Source: Oligoflexales bacterium (lineage in GTDB: Bacteria; Myxococcota_A; UBA9042; DTJE01). From it: a stretch of DNA of 64,000 bases. Where the stretch lies: positions 2,059-66,058 of the forward strand of contig DUVQ01000098.1 in NCBI GenBank assembly GCA_012840965.1, given 5' to 3'. Of this stretch, positions 9,313 to 18,979 are shown piece after piece. A model generated the notes under the pieces. The model made no database searches. It saw only the letters and a list, made by a program, of their open reading frames with translations, and had not been told where the DNA came from. The position numbers and the translations under genes were made by a program. Position 1 is the stretch's first letter, and each line of letters opens with the position of its first letter.

Positions 9313-11157
9313 ATGTACGCAAATCAGTCAAAGAAGATGGCCAAACTTGGCACCCTGTTTTTCGTCACCTTTGCGGCCTTTGTGGCGGCCCTTTTTCCAT
9401 CCCTCGATCCCGACACTTATTTTCATCTTGCAGCAGGCAGGGATATAGCAACAACTGGAGTTATCCCAAGAACTGAAACCTTATGTTTTTGGGCAGCTGG
9501 TGAGCCCTTTATTAATCATGAATGGCTGTTTGACCTTTTGGCATGGTGGTCTTTTGATTTTGGTGGTGAGATTGGAGTCTCCCTTTTCAGGGCCACCCTG
9601 TCTGGGCTTTTATTCCTATTGGCGGCTTTGGTCGCCTTTCGCCTTGAGGCTGCTTGGTGGGCCACGTTGGCCACTTCCATCGCGTTTTTGCCCATTTTCA
9701 GGCCGTCTTTGGAGCTTCGCCCCCATCTTGCTGGATACACACTCGCGGCAGCGGCTCTTTTGGTGTTCCTGAATAAAAACGTCACCATCTGGCGAACCAT
9801 CGCCCTGATTATCATTGCAGTGGTCTGGGCTAACTCTCATGGTTCTTTCCCCTTGGTAGTACCGCTGATTATTTTGTGGGCCTTAATGCCAGTTACAAAG
9901 CAAGACCACGCCCTGGAACGACCAAAGCGCCTAGGAGTGGCTGCCTTAGCTGGCCTTTCAACGCTAATCAACCCCTGGGGCTTTGGCCTAGTTAAGACCG
10001 TTGTTTATCACACAGACAGCAAAATAACGGCCATGGTTCCTGAATGGTGGCCTATCTCTTGGGGTGAGCAGCCAGCTTTTGATGCGCTTTTATTGGCCTT
10101 GATCGCAGGGACGTTACTGTCGTTTCTCCCCAAAAAAAACAGGCTGCGTTTTGCTGAAATTGGCTTGGTTTTGCTGTTTTTAATCCCGGCTGTGAAATCT
10201 CAGAAATTCGTCTTGGGTCTAGCTGTTGGATTGGCACCTGTTATGGCGGCTAATCTTTCAAGGGTGCTCAACTTCCGGTTGACAACAAAACTATCCATCA
10301 GTGCTGCATCCGTCCTGATTGCTGGATTGGCAGGCTCGGTAATCCATCCGTCCACTAGTTTTGGGTTTGGTTTTGATAAAACCGAGGCACCCTTTGATGC
10401 AATCGACTGGGCCAGCAAGGCAAATGTAGGCGGCAAGTGGTTTAACCCCTTTGACCGAGGTGGCTTTTTGGCTTGGTCAGGGCAAAAACCAATCTTGGAT
10501 GGCCGTGCATATGTCCACGGTACAGATCGCATCCTGAACTTTGTGTCTGCTTTGGCTAATCCCTTAAATTTCCAACAGATGCACCGAGTTTTGGGTTTTG
10601 ATGCAGTGTTAGTCGATTATCATGACACGGCGTTTCCTGTGTTAACCGAGTACCTACTGCAATCTAATGACTGGGCCTTGGTCTGGCTTGACAATCGTTT
10701 CGCAATATTTGTCCCGGCAAGTAAAGCCCAAAGTCTGGACTTACCCACCTTCAAGGTATTACTTCCACAGGCCAACCCTTTGTATCTGTTTGATTTGCCA
10801 GACTCGGACGTCGCTAAAGCCAGGGCCGAAACAGATGGACCGTCACAATCCACGCTAGGCAAACCATTGTCCTTACTGGTCAAAGGATTACTAGATCTAA
10901 AAGAAGCAGGCCTAGGCTGGGCACCAATAGATGCAATCAAGTCCCCAACAAAGCCAGAGTTTTGCAAAACAGCTGCGGACAGTTTGAAACAACTAGTATC
11001 ACTAGAGCCAGACACTCCAATGTATCGCTATTTCTGGGCTATCTCCCTAGTTTGCAACGACCAATGTGAAGAGGCATTACACCAAGTCAACAAAATTCAA
11101 GACTTCCCAGATGCCAAAGGCCTAAAAATCTTAATTGAAAGGGGAGAGTGCCCCTGA
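9313..11157 (+). CDS. large polytopic membrane protein, possibly a GT-C-fold glycosyltransferase (ArnT/PMT-like; inference)
   Basis: More than 12 predicted TM helices and about 610 aa. Divergent from the aminotransferase/epimerase operon. No named motif was verified. Start uncertain (9280 TTG, 9313 ATG or 9337 ATG). Confidence 0.45.
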   Translation: MYANQSKKMAKLGTLFFVTFAAFVAALFPSLDPDTYFHLAAGRDIATTGVIPRTETLCFWAAGEPFINHEWLFDLLAWWSFDFGGEIGVSLFRATLSGLLFLLAALVAFRLEAAWWATLATSIAFLPIFRPSLELRPHLAGYTLAAAALLVFLNKNVTIWRTIALIIIAVVWANSHGSFPLVVPLIILWALMPVTKQDHALERPKRLGVAALAGLSTLINPWGFGLVKTVVYHTDSKITAMVPEWWPISWGEQPAFDALLLALIAGTLLSFLPKKNRLRFAEIGLVLLFLIPAVKSQKFVLGLAVGLAPVMAANLSRVLNFRLTTKLSISAASVLIAGLAGSVIHPSTSFGFGFDKTEAPFDAIDWASKANVGGKWFNPFDRGGFLAWSGQKPILDGRAYVHGTDRILNFVSALANPLNFQQMHRVLGFDAVLVDYHDTAFPVLTEYLLQSNDWALVWLDNRFAIFVPASKAQSLDLPTFKVLLPQANPLYLFDLPDSDVAKARAETDGPSQSTLGKPLSLLVKGLLDLKEAGLGWAPIDAIKSPTKPEFCKTAADSLKQLVSLEPDTPMYRYFWAISLVCNDQCEEALHQVNKIQDFPDAKGLKILIERGECP

Positions 11158-11300
11158 TCCTGTCCCTGGCCCTAGTGACCTGATCCTGTCCCTGCCCCTG
11201 TCCCTGCCCCTAGCCCTGTCCCTGTCCCTGATCCTGTCCCCGCCCCTGCCCCCTTCTCCCTTCACCCTTCACCCTTCCTCCCACCCCCGCCCCCGCCCCC
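11158..11300 (+). repeat. C-rich (CCCTGY)n low-complexity repeat tract (copy R1 of the dispersed family)
   Basis: cctgtccctgcccctgtccctgcccctagccctgtccctgtccctgatcctgtccccgcccctgcccc... lies directly after the stop of the upstream gene. Confidence 0.9.
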
Positions 11301-11362
11301 AAACTTGGGTCTTCCCTCACTTACCTGTAGAATATAACGAGCTGTTTGAGGTTGAAGCCAAA

Positions 11363-12079
11363 TTGTCCAGTGACGCTCCAGGTGGCCCCCCAAAACCGGA
11401 AAACTACCTTCAGCTTGTCCGAGGCATCGCAGCTAGCATCATCGGTAAGCTACCGCCAAACTATACCCTGGACGAGTTGGTCAGCGCTGGCATGATTGGC
11501 CTAATGGATGCCTGCCGCCAGTTCGATCCCGCAAGGGGTGTCCCCTTTGAGCGATTCGCAGAACATCGGATTAAAGGGGCTATCCAGGATGAACTTAGGG
11601 CCCGAGATGAAACCTCTAGGGCCGCCCGCAGACTGGCTAATCGGGTTGACCAGGCCAAGCACCACCTTTCCAATCAGCTGGGACGCGTGCCATCGTCTGA
11701 AGAAATTGCCAAGGAAATGGGCATGACCCTTGAACATTATCAAAGGCTTGAGGCCCAAATGAACCAAGTGGTCGTCCTTGGTTTTGACGATATGCTAAAA
11801 GCCAACGACACCACGAGGCAGCAAGAAACCGTTTATCCAGTGGATCCTGATGCAACCGACCCTGAGGAACACTCGCTGAGAAAACAGGAGATGCTAAGGA
11901 TTATTGAAGCGTTAGAACAATTGACCCCAAAGGAAAAAACGGTCGTTGTCTTATACTACTTCAAAGGTGTTTTGTTTAAGGATATCGCCATGTTACTTGA
12001 TGTCACAGAGGGACGAATCTCGCAGCTTCATACAGCGGCCATGGGGCGTCTTAAAAAGCTGATGGATAAAAGGATCTAA
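11363..12079 (+). CDS. fliA: RNA polymerase sigma factor, FliA/WhiG (sigma-28) family
   Basis: Region 2 ...LDELVSAGMIGLMDACRQFDPARGVPFERFAEHRIKGAIQDELR... and region 4 ...KEKTVVVLYYFKGVLFKDIAMLLDVTEGRISQLH.... The track ORF (11135) reads the repeat tract as LSLPLSLPLALSLSL. I placed the start at the in-frame TTG at 11363, which gives a FliA-sized 238-aa product. Start is uncertain. Confidence 0.7.
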   Translation: MSSDAPGGPPKPENYLQLVRGIAASIIGKLPPNYTLDELVSAGMIGLMDACRQFDPARGVPFERFAEHRIKGAIQDELRARDETSRAARRLANRVDQAKHHLSNQLGRVPSSEEIAKEMGMTLEHYQRLEAQMNQVVVLGFDDMLKANDTTRQQETVYPVDPDATDPEEHSLRKQEMLRIIEALEQLTPKEKTVVVLYYFKGVLFKDIAMLLDVTEGRISQLHTAAMGRLKKLMDKRI

Positions 12080-12121
12080 AGGTTTTCAACGGCTACACAA
12101 TTTTGCTTAGGGAGTTAGATC

Positions 12122-13927
12122 ATGCCTGAACAAAAAGGTAAATTGACACAGTTAATAAATGATTATCTGGCCACAGCCCAACAAAACGAGTCAGATGCCT
12201 ACAAATGGCTTGTTGAAAATGGAATGCAAGGCTGTTTGGCCAAGTACCTGGCAAACGCCGGGGCACCTGAAATTCAAACTTTTTTGAACGATGTCTTTAG
12301 AATTGACCGCGAGTGGCTAAAGCGGCATCGAGAAGCCAAGTCAGCTTTGACCAAACCAGCGATTACTTCGTTGTCAGTACTTCCCCCCTTTCTTTTAGAT
12401 AAAGAAAACAAGGAGCGACTGGAACTAATAGGCAAAACTTCGCTGAAAAATGGCCGTTGGGGAGTTTTAATCTTTTCAGGTGGCGCCGCAACCAGATTTT
12501 TTTCAGATAGCGCACTTAAAGACAAGGTTAAAAGCTTAAAAGGGCCAATTCCTAAAGGGCTTTTTCCACTAACACCTGTCCTGGGGTTGCCTTTTTTAGA
12601 CTTTTTTGCCGCCCAGATGCTGGAAATTGGAATTGAGACAGGTACCTTGCCGCCTCTTATCCTGATGGTCAGCAGTGAAACAGCCGACGCGATTAAGGCG
12701 TGGAGGCCGCACTATCCAGCTGAGGCGTTAATCATCATAGAGCAGGCCCGCCATCCGCGTCTTGATGAGGACGGAGATTTGGTAGCACACCCAGATGGCA
12801 GGCTGGTGCAAACTGGAGACGGTCATGGAGGGGTGTTCAAGGCGCTGCAGCAGCCGCGAGCAGGAGGGGATGGAGGCAGGGACAGGGACAGGGGTGCTGA
12901 AGGCAAGTCCGTGTGGGGCGGGGAGCCTCAGCCAGGAGACAGTGCTATGGACAAGCTTTTGTCGATGGGTGTTGATTCCATAGTCATGCACAACGTCGAT
13001 AATGCCGGGGCAAACGCGCTTGAGGCCGGTCGCTTGGGATGGTTCATTGATTCGAACGTTTCCTTTGGAATGACTGCAGTTGAAAGAACCAAGGTTGCAG
13101 AAAAAGTTGGAATTATCGCAGTTGATGACAGCGCGGATCGTGTGGACGTCGTTGAGTATTCAGTATGCCCTCCAGAACTGGCCACAGCAGCCGATTCTCA
13201 AGGACAACCAATCTTCAAATTGGCCCACATCAACACCAATCTTGTAAAGCTTGATTCAATAAATGCTGACCTGCCACCCACCTTGTACAGTGGAAAAAAG
13301 GTATCAGTCGGCGGCCAGACCATAGTCACAAGTTCCCTAGAAATGCTCAATCAGCATCTGGCAAAGACCCTACCAAAACAAAAGGTTGGCGTAATTTTAA
13401 TGAAGCGTGACGAAAGCTTTATGCCAACCAAGAGCATTTCCGGAGAAGATTCGTTAGAAAGCACTCAAGCAACTATGGCCCGCTTGTGGAAAGAGCGCCT
13501 AATCCAAGCCGGCGGCCAGGCAAGCCACGACGCCATGATCGAGCTTTACCCATCTTTTACACCGCCTGGTCTTTGGGCGAAAGGCTGGCAAATTGGTGAT
13601 GGAGCAACGTTAGCATTGGCCATAAAGCATGGAACTGAAAACCATTTTTTAGGAACAAACCTAGTTTTGGAGTCAGGCGCCAAACTAAGCATCACGGCGC
13701 AAAACCCTTATGGAGAAATAAGATACGCTGCCAAAACCAGAAAAATATCAGCCGACCCCAAAACCGCTGCGAAAGTAAGCCTAGGTAACAACGTCAAATT
13801 ACTTTGCAATGTGTCCATAAAGGTGCACATAAATGGAAGCGGAGTTTTGGTAATAAAAGACGGCCATATCTTCGATCAATCACAGACTTTGATCATAAAT
13901 TCGGGCGAAGTTTACCAGATAGGTTAA
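12122..13927 (+). CDS. UDP-sugar pyrophosphorylase-family (UDPGP/UAP1-like) nucleotidyltransferase with a C-terminal beta-helix-like tail
   Basis: ...VLIFSGGAATRF..., ...LILMVSSETADAIKAW... and ...RLVQTGDGHGGVFKAL... align with the UAP1/UGP G-loop, TSE and GNGG motifs. It carries an in-frame G-rich repeat insertion (12863-12897). Confidence 0.6.
   Translation: MPEQKGKLTQLINDYLATAQQNESDAYKWLVENGMQGCLAKYLANAGAPEIQTFLNDVFRIDREWLKRHREAKSALTKPAITSLSVLPPFLLDKENKERLELIGKTSLKNGRWGVLIFSGGAATRFFSDSALKDKVKSLKGPIPKGLFPLTPVLGLPFLDFFAAQMLEIGIETGTLPPLILMVSSETADAIKAWRPHYPAEALIIIEQARHPRLDEDGDLVAHPDGRLVQTGDGHGGVFKALQQPRAGGDGGRDRDRGAEGKSVWGGEPQPGDSAMDKLLSMGVDSIVMHNVDNAGANALEAGRLGWFIDSNVSFGMTAVERTKVAEKVGIIAVDDSADRVDVVEYSVCPPELATAADSQGQPIFKLAHINTNLVKLDSINADLPPTLYSGKKVSVGGQTIVTSSLEMLNQHLAKTLPKQKVGVILMKRDESFMPTKSISGEDSLESTQATMARLWKERLIQAGGQASHDAMIELYPSFTPPGLWAKGWQIGDGATLALAIKHGTENHFLGTNLVLESGAKLSITAQNPYGEIRYAAKTRKISADPKTAAKVSLGNNVKLLCNVSIKVHINGSGVLVIKDGHIFDQSQTLIINSGEVYQIG
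12863..12897 (+). repeat. G-rich repeat copy embedded in-frame in a CDS (ggaggcagggacagggacaggggtgctg)
   Basis: Same family as the intergenic copies. It encodes the low-complexity GGDGGRDRDRGAEG between conserved UDPGP blocks. Confidence 0.8.
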
Positions 13928-13999
13928 ATTAGCGTGTTTTCAGATCAAATTTGGTCTGAATATTTTTGTTACTTAGTCGTCAAAGGTTAGGTTTTACGC

Positions 14000-14587
14000 G
14001 TGGAAGTATTAGAACGCGACTTAGTGCTGGCTGCCAAAAAGGGTGATAGGGCGGCTTTTAAAGTGTTGGTGGAACGGTATTACGGGAGGATTCACCGAAT
14101 GTTGACGGTGATGACTAGAAACCAAGATGTTGCTTTGGATTTAACCCAAGAAACATTTGCTAAGGCGATTGAGGCGCTTCCAAACTTTAACATGACCTCA
14201 TCGTTTTACACTTGGATTTACCGGATCGCCCGTAATCTCGCTCTCGATAGATTTCGTCGTTATAAGACCGCAGGCGGTCAAAGCGAGTACGACGACAGCA
14301 GGGAGGCGCAGGTGGCTTGGGGGTTAGGACAAACAGTTCCTCTTGAACCTTCCCGAGCGGTGGCAGCACAACAGTCATTGAATATAGTTGCCGAGGCACT
14401 TGATGAATTAAAGCCACAGTTCAAGGAAATCATCATCTTGCGAGAAATCGAAGAGATGAGCTATGAAGAGATTTCCCAAACCTTGAATCTGAAAATGGGA
14501 ACTGTGATGTCTAGGCTCTTTCAGGCGAGGATGGCTTTGAGAGAGTTGCTTGAGCCTCGTCTTGGCGCTAATGCGGCCAAGCTTTAA
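14000..14587 (+). CDS. ECF (sigma-70 family group 4) sigma factor
   Basis: Region 2 ...YYGRIHRMLTVMTRNQDVALDLTQETFAKA...FYTWIYRIARNLALDRFRR... and the region-4 HTH ...MSYEEISQTLNLKMGTVMSRL.... GTG start. Confidence 0.85.
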   Translation: MEVLERDLVLAAKKGDRAAFKVLVERYYGRIHRMLTVMTRNQDVALDLTQETFAKAIEALPNFNMTSSFYTWIYRIARNLALDRFRRYKTAGGQSEYDDSREAQVAWGLGQTVPLEPSRAVAAQQSLNIVAEALDELKPQFKEIIILREIEEMSYEEISQTLNLKMGTVMSRLFQARMALRELLEPRLGANAAKL

Positions 14588-14602
14588 AAAGGCGGTGATG
14601 TT

Positions 14603-15046
14603 ATGTCTGAAATTAAAAAGAAACGCTTATCAAAAAGGGAATTAATGGCCGCCATGTTGGACGCTGATGCTGGAAGGCGCAGCGACGATGCTGAGGTTTC
14701 AGCCTTTGCAAATCTTAGCCAGCAGATCCGACAATCGGTGGCCGACACCTCTCCTCCACCTTTTGAGCTGATGTGGCAAGGGGTTGAGGCCAGAATCGAG
14801 GCAAATGCTAGGGAAGCGGCTAATGAAAAAACCGCCAAATCTTGGTCCTTTGGTTGGTTTTTGGCCCCAATTGGCGCCTTGGTTATTGCCGCAGTTGTTG
14901 GTTATTTTGTATTTTCAGGGCAAGAGGGCTTGGATAATCGCTGTTATGTCGATTCTTATGATGTTGAGTCAGGGATTATTTTGGTTCAGCAAGATTTAAA
15001 CGACAAAGACGGGGCTACCGTAATCTGGCACCTTGATGAAGGCTAG
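14603..15046 (+). CDS. putative anti-sigma factor (single-TM)
   Basis: Immediately downstream of the ECF sigma. N-terminal cytoplasmic segment, then TM WSFGWFLAPIGALVIAAVVGYFVF. Confidence 0.55.
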   Translation: MSEIKKKRLSKRELMAAMLDADAGRRSDDAEVSAFANLSQQIRQSVADTSPPPFELMWQGVEARIEANAREAANEKTAKSWSFGWFLAPIGALVIAAVVGYFVFSGQEGLDNRCYVDSYDVESGIILVQQDLNDKDGATVIWHLDEG

Positions 15047-15063
15047 AAATGGGGGGTGGCGAT

Positions 15064-15528
15064 ATGAAAAAGTATCTGAAAAAGACTTCAATTCTTAGTG
15101 CTTTTGTCTTCTTGTTCACCTTTTTTGCCTTAAGTGTCGCAAAGGCGCAAACTTCTGAAGCCGAGCTGAAAATCACGGTGATTCATGCCAAGTCTGGAGA
15201 GCCTTACTTAAGCCCAGAGCTAAGGCCACTGTGGAGAACTATTCGCAAAACCTTTGGAGACCAGTTTTCGAGTTATCGGCAGATCACCTCTAAAGCTGGG
15301 GTGGTCCAAGAGGGTAAGCAAGTCACCGTTGACCTTCCAGATGGCACCACTTTTGAGGCTATGTACAATGGCGTCACAAAAAAGGCCGGACTTTTAAGGG
15401 TGCATTTGGCCTTTGGTGAGTTTAGGACCAAGGTGCGAATTCATAGTGGTGGAACCTTTTTTCAAGCCGGTCGCAAGTACGACAAGGGCACGTTAATCAT
15501 CGCCGTCAGTGCTACTTTAAAGGACTGA
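15064..15528 (+). CDS. secreted hypothetical protein
   Basis: Signal peptide MKKYLKKTSILSAFVFLFTFFALSVAKA. RBS GGGGGGTGG upstream of the ATG at 15064. Confidence 0.5.
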   Translation: MKKYLKKTSILSAFVFLFTFFALSVAKAQTSEAELKITVIHAKSGEPYLSPELRPLWRTIRKTFGDQFSSYRQITSKAGVVQEGKQVTVDLPDGTTFEAMYNGVTKKAGLLRVHLAFGEFRTKVRIHSGGTFFQAGRKYDKGTLIIAVSATLKD

Positions 15529-15680
15529 CCTCTCCACAAAATCTTGCTTAAATCCAATGATCACTACCTAAATATGATGTCAAAAGCAGGAGTCTCGGGA
15601 CCACAATGAAATATAGGGTTGTGCCTTGACCATCTAAAAAAAATCTTCACAATCGCTAGTGGTGTTGCAGGAGCTTAACT

Positions 15681-16940
15681 GTGATTAAGATGCGATGGTT
15701 TTTTAGCTTTGGACTAGCACTGTTTTTGGCTGCGAGTGTTGGCTGTGGTGAAGCAGAACAAAAAACAGACGATGGGGCACCAGAACGTGACGCAGCCGCT
15801 GACGACAATGCCCAACCGCCAGACGCAGATGCCCCAGATGTTGATGACGCTGAGGATTCAGTGGATATAGAAGAGGTTGATGTCTGTGTTCCGAACTGTG
15901 ACGGTCGTCTATGTGGCGATGATGGCTGTGGCAACAGCTGTGGGCAGTGCGCGACTGGCCAGGAATGCGAGGATGGCACGTGCGTTAAACAGTGTCTGAA
16001 ACTAAATCGCACTGAAGTTACAGCCAGTTGGAAGCCCATCCATGGGCCAGATGACCCAAGAGGTGAATTCTACTATCAGGAAGTGGAGGAAAACGGGGAC
16101 GTGGTTAGTGCCCTGCGCTTGGAAATTCGCCAGTTTCACCCCTTCAATGGACCTCAAGGACCTGGGGAATATGACATTGCCTTCAAAGAGGAGAATGGTT
16201 TTGGCGCCTGTACTATCTGTGTCAGCTTTTTTGATAGTTGTGGCCAGACTGGCTGTAACAGGCGGCTGCTTGCAACCTCGGGAACACTTGTGATTGAAAG
16301 CCTTGATGGAGCTGATGCCTCGTTTAAGGCCACGCTCAAGGACTTGGTACTTAAGGAAGTTTCCATCGACAAGGATTACAACACTTATTACCTGAAGAAT
16401 AAGGAAACGGCTTGCATTGATGAATACGTGATCGAATCTGAAGAGGTCAGGCTGGCTGTACCACAACCTCAGTGTATGGCCGAGGGTACTGGCATATTCC
16501 TGGACGACAATATCGCAGATTTCGAGCTTACCAACTGCCTTGATGAAAAGCGCAATCTGCATGAAATGTGCAATCAAACCAAGGCCATGTGGTTGGTGCT
16601 GGGTGCAATGTGGTGCCCATACTGCAGCCAGTATATACCCATGTTTGATGAGATTAGGGCGAACAACGCTGATTCCATCGAATTGTGGGTTGTGATGGGT
16701 GAAAACAAAAATCGCCTAGCACCAACGGCTGCTGACTGCCTTGAATATGCGCAAAAAGTCGGAGTTGACCCCTCAAGAGTCTTTTATGATCACCACTATG
16801 AAACGGTCACGGAATATATTTATCCGTACGTGTTTCAGGGGATCCCATTTAGCATCATCCTGGACGGCAGTAACATGGCTTACATATGGTCTGATGGCAC
16901 TTATGGGTCCCTTAATTCTGCTTTAGGTGGGCTGCTGTAA
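15681..16940 (+). CDS. Cys-rich lipoprotein with C-terminal thioredoxin-fold (TlpA/redoxin-like) domain
   Basis: Lipobox LAASVGC, an acidic linker, the module CVPNCDGRLCGDDGCGNSCGQCATGQECEDGTC, and C-terminal ...WLVLGAMWCPYCSQYIPMFDE...GIPFSIILDG (CxxC plus cis-Pro region). Confidence 0.7.
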   Translation: MIKMRWFFSFGLALFLAASVGCGEAEQKTDDGAPERDAAADDNAQPPDADAPDVDDAEDSVDIEEVDVCVPNCDGRLCGDDGCGNSCGQCATGQECEDGTCVKQCLKLNRTEVTASWKPIHGPDDPRGEFYYQEVEENGDVVSALRLEIRQFHPFNGPQGPGEYDIAFKEENGFGACTICVSFFDSCGQTGCNRRLLATSGTLVIESLDGADASFKATLKDLVLKEVSIDKDYNTYYLKNKETACIDEYVIESEEVRLAVPQPQCMAEGTGIFLDDNIADFELTNCLDEKRNLHEMCNQTKAMWLVLGAMWCPYCSQYIPMFDEIRANNADSIELWVVMGENKNRLAPTAADCLEYAQKVGVDPSRVFYDHHYETVTEYIYPYVFQGIPFSIILDGSNMAYIWSDGTYGSLNSALGGLL

Positions 16941-16966
16941 CGATACATATCTTATAACGAGGAAAA

Positions 16967-17824
16967 GTGATGGATTTACAACAGATTCTGACCAAGGAAA
17001 ACCTGGTTTATCGTGGAAAATCTAAAGAGGTTTACTCGATACCAGGTGGTAAGTACGCTGGTAAATATGCGCTGCTTTTTACTGACCGGGCGACTGGTTA
17101 CATTGGGCCGGATGGTGAGCCTGTCTTTGACCCTGGAAGGGACGTTGTGGTGGGCTCAATCCCTGGTAAGGGCGCGATAGCGTGCAAGTTTGCTACTTGG
17201 TTTTTTGAACTTTTGGATAAAAAGGGGATCAAATCCCACTTTATAGATAGCCCTGCGGACAACGTGATGATTGTAAAACCTGCCAAGCCGCTGGGATTGA
17301 CCCCACAGTCGCCTGAATTTGAAGGGGCAGCTCCACTGGAAAATCTTGAATTCACTTGGCGCAATCAGGCTACGGGCAGTTTTTGGCGGCGTTATCCCTT
17401 TATGAGGCCGTGTGCCAAGCTTGATATTTTGGTGGAGGCTTGGACCAAGGGCGATTCTGACACGTTGATTACATTCGAATCTTTGGAACAAGTTGGCGTC
17501 ATGACCAAGGCTGAAATTTCGTATGCGGTTGATATGGTAAAGGAAATTGCCGCTACCGTGACTCAGGCTTTTGCAGACAAGGGGTTACACTGTCTTGATG
17601 GAAAATTCGAGCTTGGACGACTTAACGATGGGCAAATAGTGCTAATTGACGAGATTTCACCTGACGTTTTGAGGGTGTGCAAAGGCTATTTGCCTGATGA
17701 AAACGGCCATTGCACTGTCTATCACGAATGTATCAAGACGCGCTTGAAGGATGGGCAAAGAAGCATCAAGGCAAAAAATCAGCAAAGTGCCGATGAACTA
17801 AGACGAATTTTTGTTGAGGTTTAA
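16967..17824 (+). CDS. purC: phosphoribosylaminoimidazole-succinocarboxamide synthase (SAICAR synthetase)
   Basis: ...LVYRGKSKEVYS..., ...IPGKGAIACKFATWFFELLDKKGIKSHFI.... Long-type PurC, 285 aa. Confidence 0.85.
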   Translation: MMDLQQILTKENLVYRGKSKEVYSIPGGKYAGKYALLFTDRATGYIGPDGEPVFDPGRDVVVGSIPGKGAIACKFATWFFELLDKKGIKSHFIDSPADNVMIVKPAKPLGLTPQSPEFEGAAPLENLEFTWRNQATGSFWRRYPFMRPCAKLDILVEAWTKGDSDTLITFESLEQVGVMTKAEISYAVDMVKEIAATVTQAFADKGLHCLDGKFELGRLNDGQIVLIDEISPDVLRVCKGYLPDENGHCTVYHECIKTRLKDGQRSIKAKNQQSADELRRIFVEV

Positions 17825-17838
17825 TCAGGTTGTTACTA

Positions 17839-18918
17839 ATGAGACGTTTGGTTCTTTTAGCGATTTTACTTTTGCTGCCAAGCCACGCTTTTGCCCACGC
17901 TGGTATTATTTCGGGAGTCGAGAGACAAAAACTGACTGTTTCCAGGAGTACCTGGAAGTCTGAGGGGCGAACACTCACGGCAAATCTGCTTTTTGTGCGC
18001 CACCAGTTGGAACATATCGGAGTTAATGTCCCTGAATCGGTAGATTTCGAAGGTGGGGTTAACGAAGAGGCGGTCAAAAAGGCGTTAATCGACAAGATTG
18101 TGGTAACGCGCCAAGGAAAAGCTTGTGACGCAGTGACGATTGTATCTGGAGACACCAAGGACCAAGTGACAACCCAAATACAGTGGCAGTGTCCTGGTGG
18201 CAGTGAGCCTATTTTGGTAACCCTAGGATTTTTTGATATTTTCGATCCAGATCATCGGCATCTGGCTTCGATTTCTGATGAATCAGGGGCCAGAACCGAG
18301 GTGCTTGGCGCTGCAAACCCTGTCGTCAAGATTACGGCTGCTCCCGGGGTTTCAAGCTGGCTTTCATGGTCATTTTTTAAGTTGGGAATCGAGCACATCC
18401 TGATTGGATGGGACCATCTTTTGTTCCTTTTTGCTTTGATCCTGCTAGGTGGAACTTTTAAATCACTTTTTGGAACGATTACCGCCTTTACTATTGCCCA
18501 CTCGATTACCCTTGCCCTTGCCGCGTTGGAGATTTGGACGCCTGGGCCAGCAATCGTGGAGCCGATGATTGGTGCGACTATCGCCTATGTGGGTTTTGAA
18601 AACCTGTTTTTGAAGGAGCCTAAAGGGCGCTGGCGGATTACATTCCTGCTGGGACTAATCCACGGGTTTGGGTTTGCTGGAGCGCTTATAGAGGTTGGAA
18701 TTGCTCAAACCCAGTTGGCCACAACCCTGCTTATGTTCAACTTAGGTGTTGAGGTCGGCCAACTGATGGTTTTGGCGGTGTTTTTACCGCTTGTTTTACT
18801 TGCGCGTCGTAGTAAATGGGTTGTGAATAGAGCTGTTCCTGTACTGTCGGCCGGGATTGGGGGCACTGGCTTGGTCTTGGCGATAATGAGGATCGTTGAG
18901 GCGGTTGGTAGGGGATAG
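17839..18918 (+). CDS. HupE/UreJ-family membrane protein with N-terminal periplasmic domain
   Basis: Signal peptide MRRLVLLAILLLLPSHAFA. C-terminal ...HILIGWDHLLFLFALILLGG...TIAHSITLALA...LLGLIHGFGFAGAL resembles HupE/UreJ metal-transporter helices. Confidence 0.55.
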   Translation: MRRLVLLAILLLLPSHAFAHAGIISGVERQKLTVSRSTWKSEGRTLTANLLFVRHQLEHIGVNVPESVDFEGGVNEEAVKKALIDKIVVTRQGKACDAVTIVSGDTKDQVTTQIQWQCPGGSEPILVTLGFFDIFDPDHRHLASISDESGARTEVLGAANPVVKITAAPGVSSWLSWSFFKLGIEHILIGWDHLLFLFALILLGGTFKSLFGTITAFTIAHSITLALAALEIWTPGPAIVEPMIGATIAYVGFENLFLKEPKGRWRITFLLGLIHGFGFAGALIEVGIAQTQLATTLLMFNLGVEVGQLMVLAVFLPLVLLARRSKWVVNRAVPVLSAGIGGTGLVLAIMRIVEAVGRG

Positions 18919-18975
18919 TGGGGCAGGGGCGGGAGGTAGGGGCGCGGAGTAGGGTGGTTGGTTTGGGCGGGATTT
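18919..18975 (+). repeat. G-rich repeat copy R2 (G-quadruplex-capable)
   Basis: gggcaggggcgggaggtaggggcgcggagtagggtggttggtttgggcggg, between convergent genes. Confidence 0.85.
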
Positions 18976-18979
18976 TGGG

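Noticed and set aside
11135-11362. N-terminal 76 aa of the track ORF for the FliA-like sigma factor (LSLPLSLPLALSLSLILSPPLPPSPF...)
   Set aside because: This is the C-rich repeat tract read in frame. Sigma-28 homology begins later and a 238-aa product from the TTG at 11363 fits the family size.
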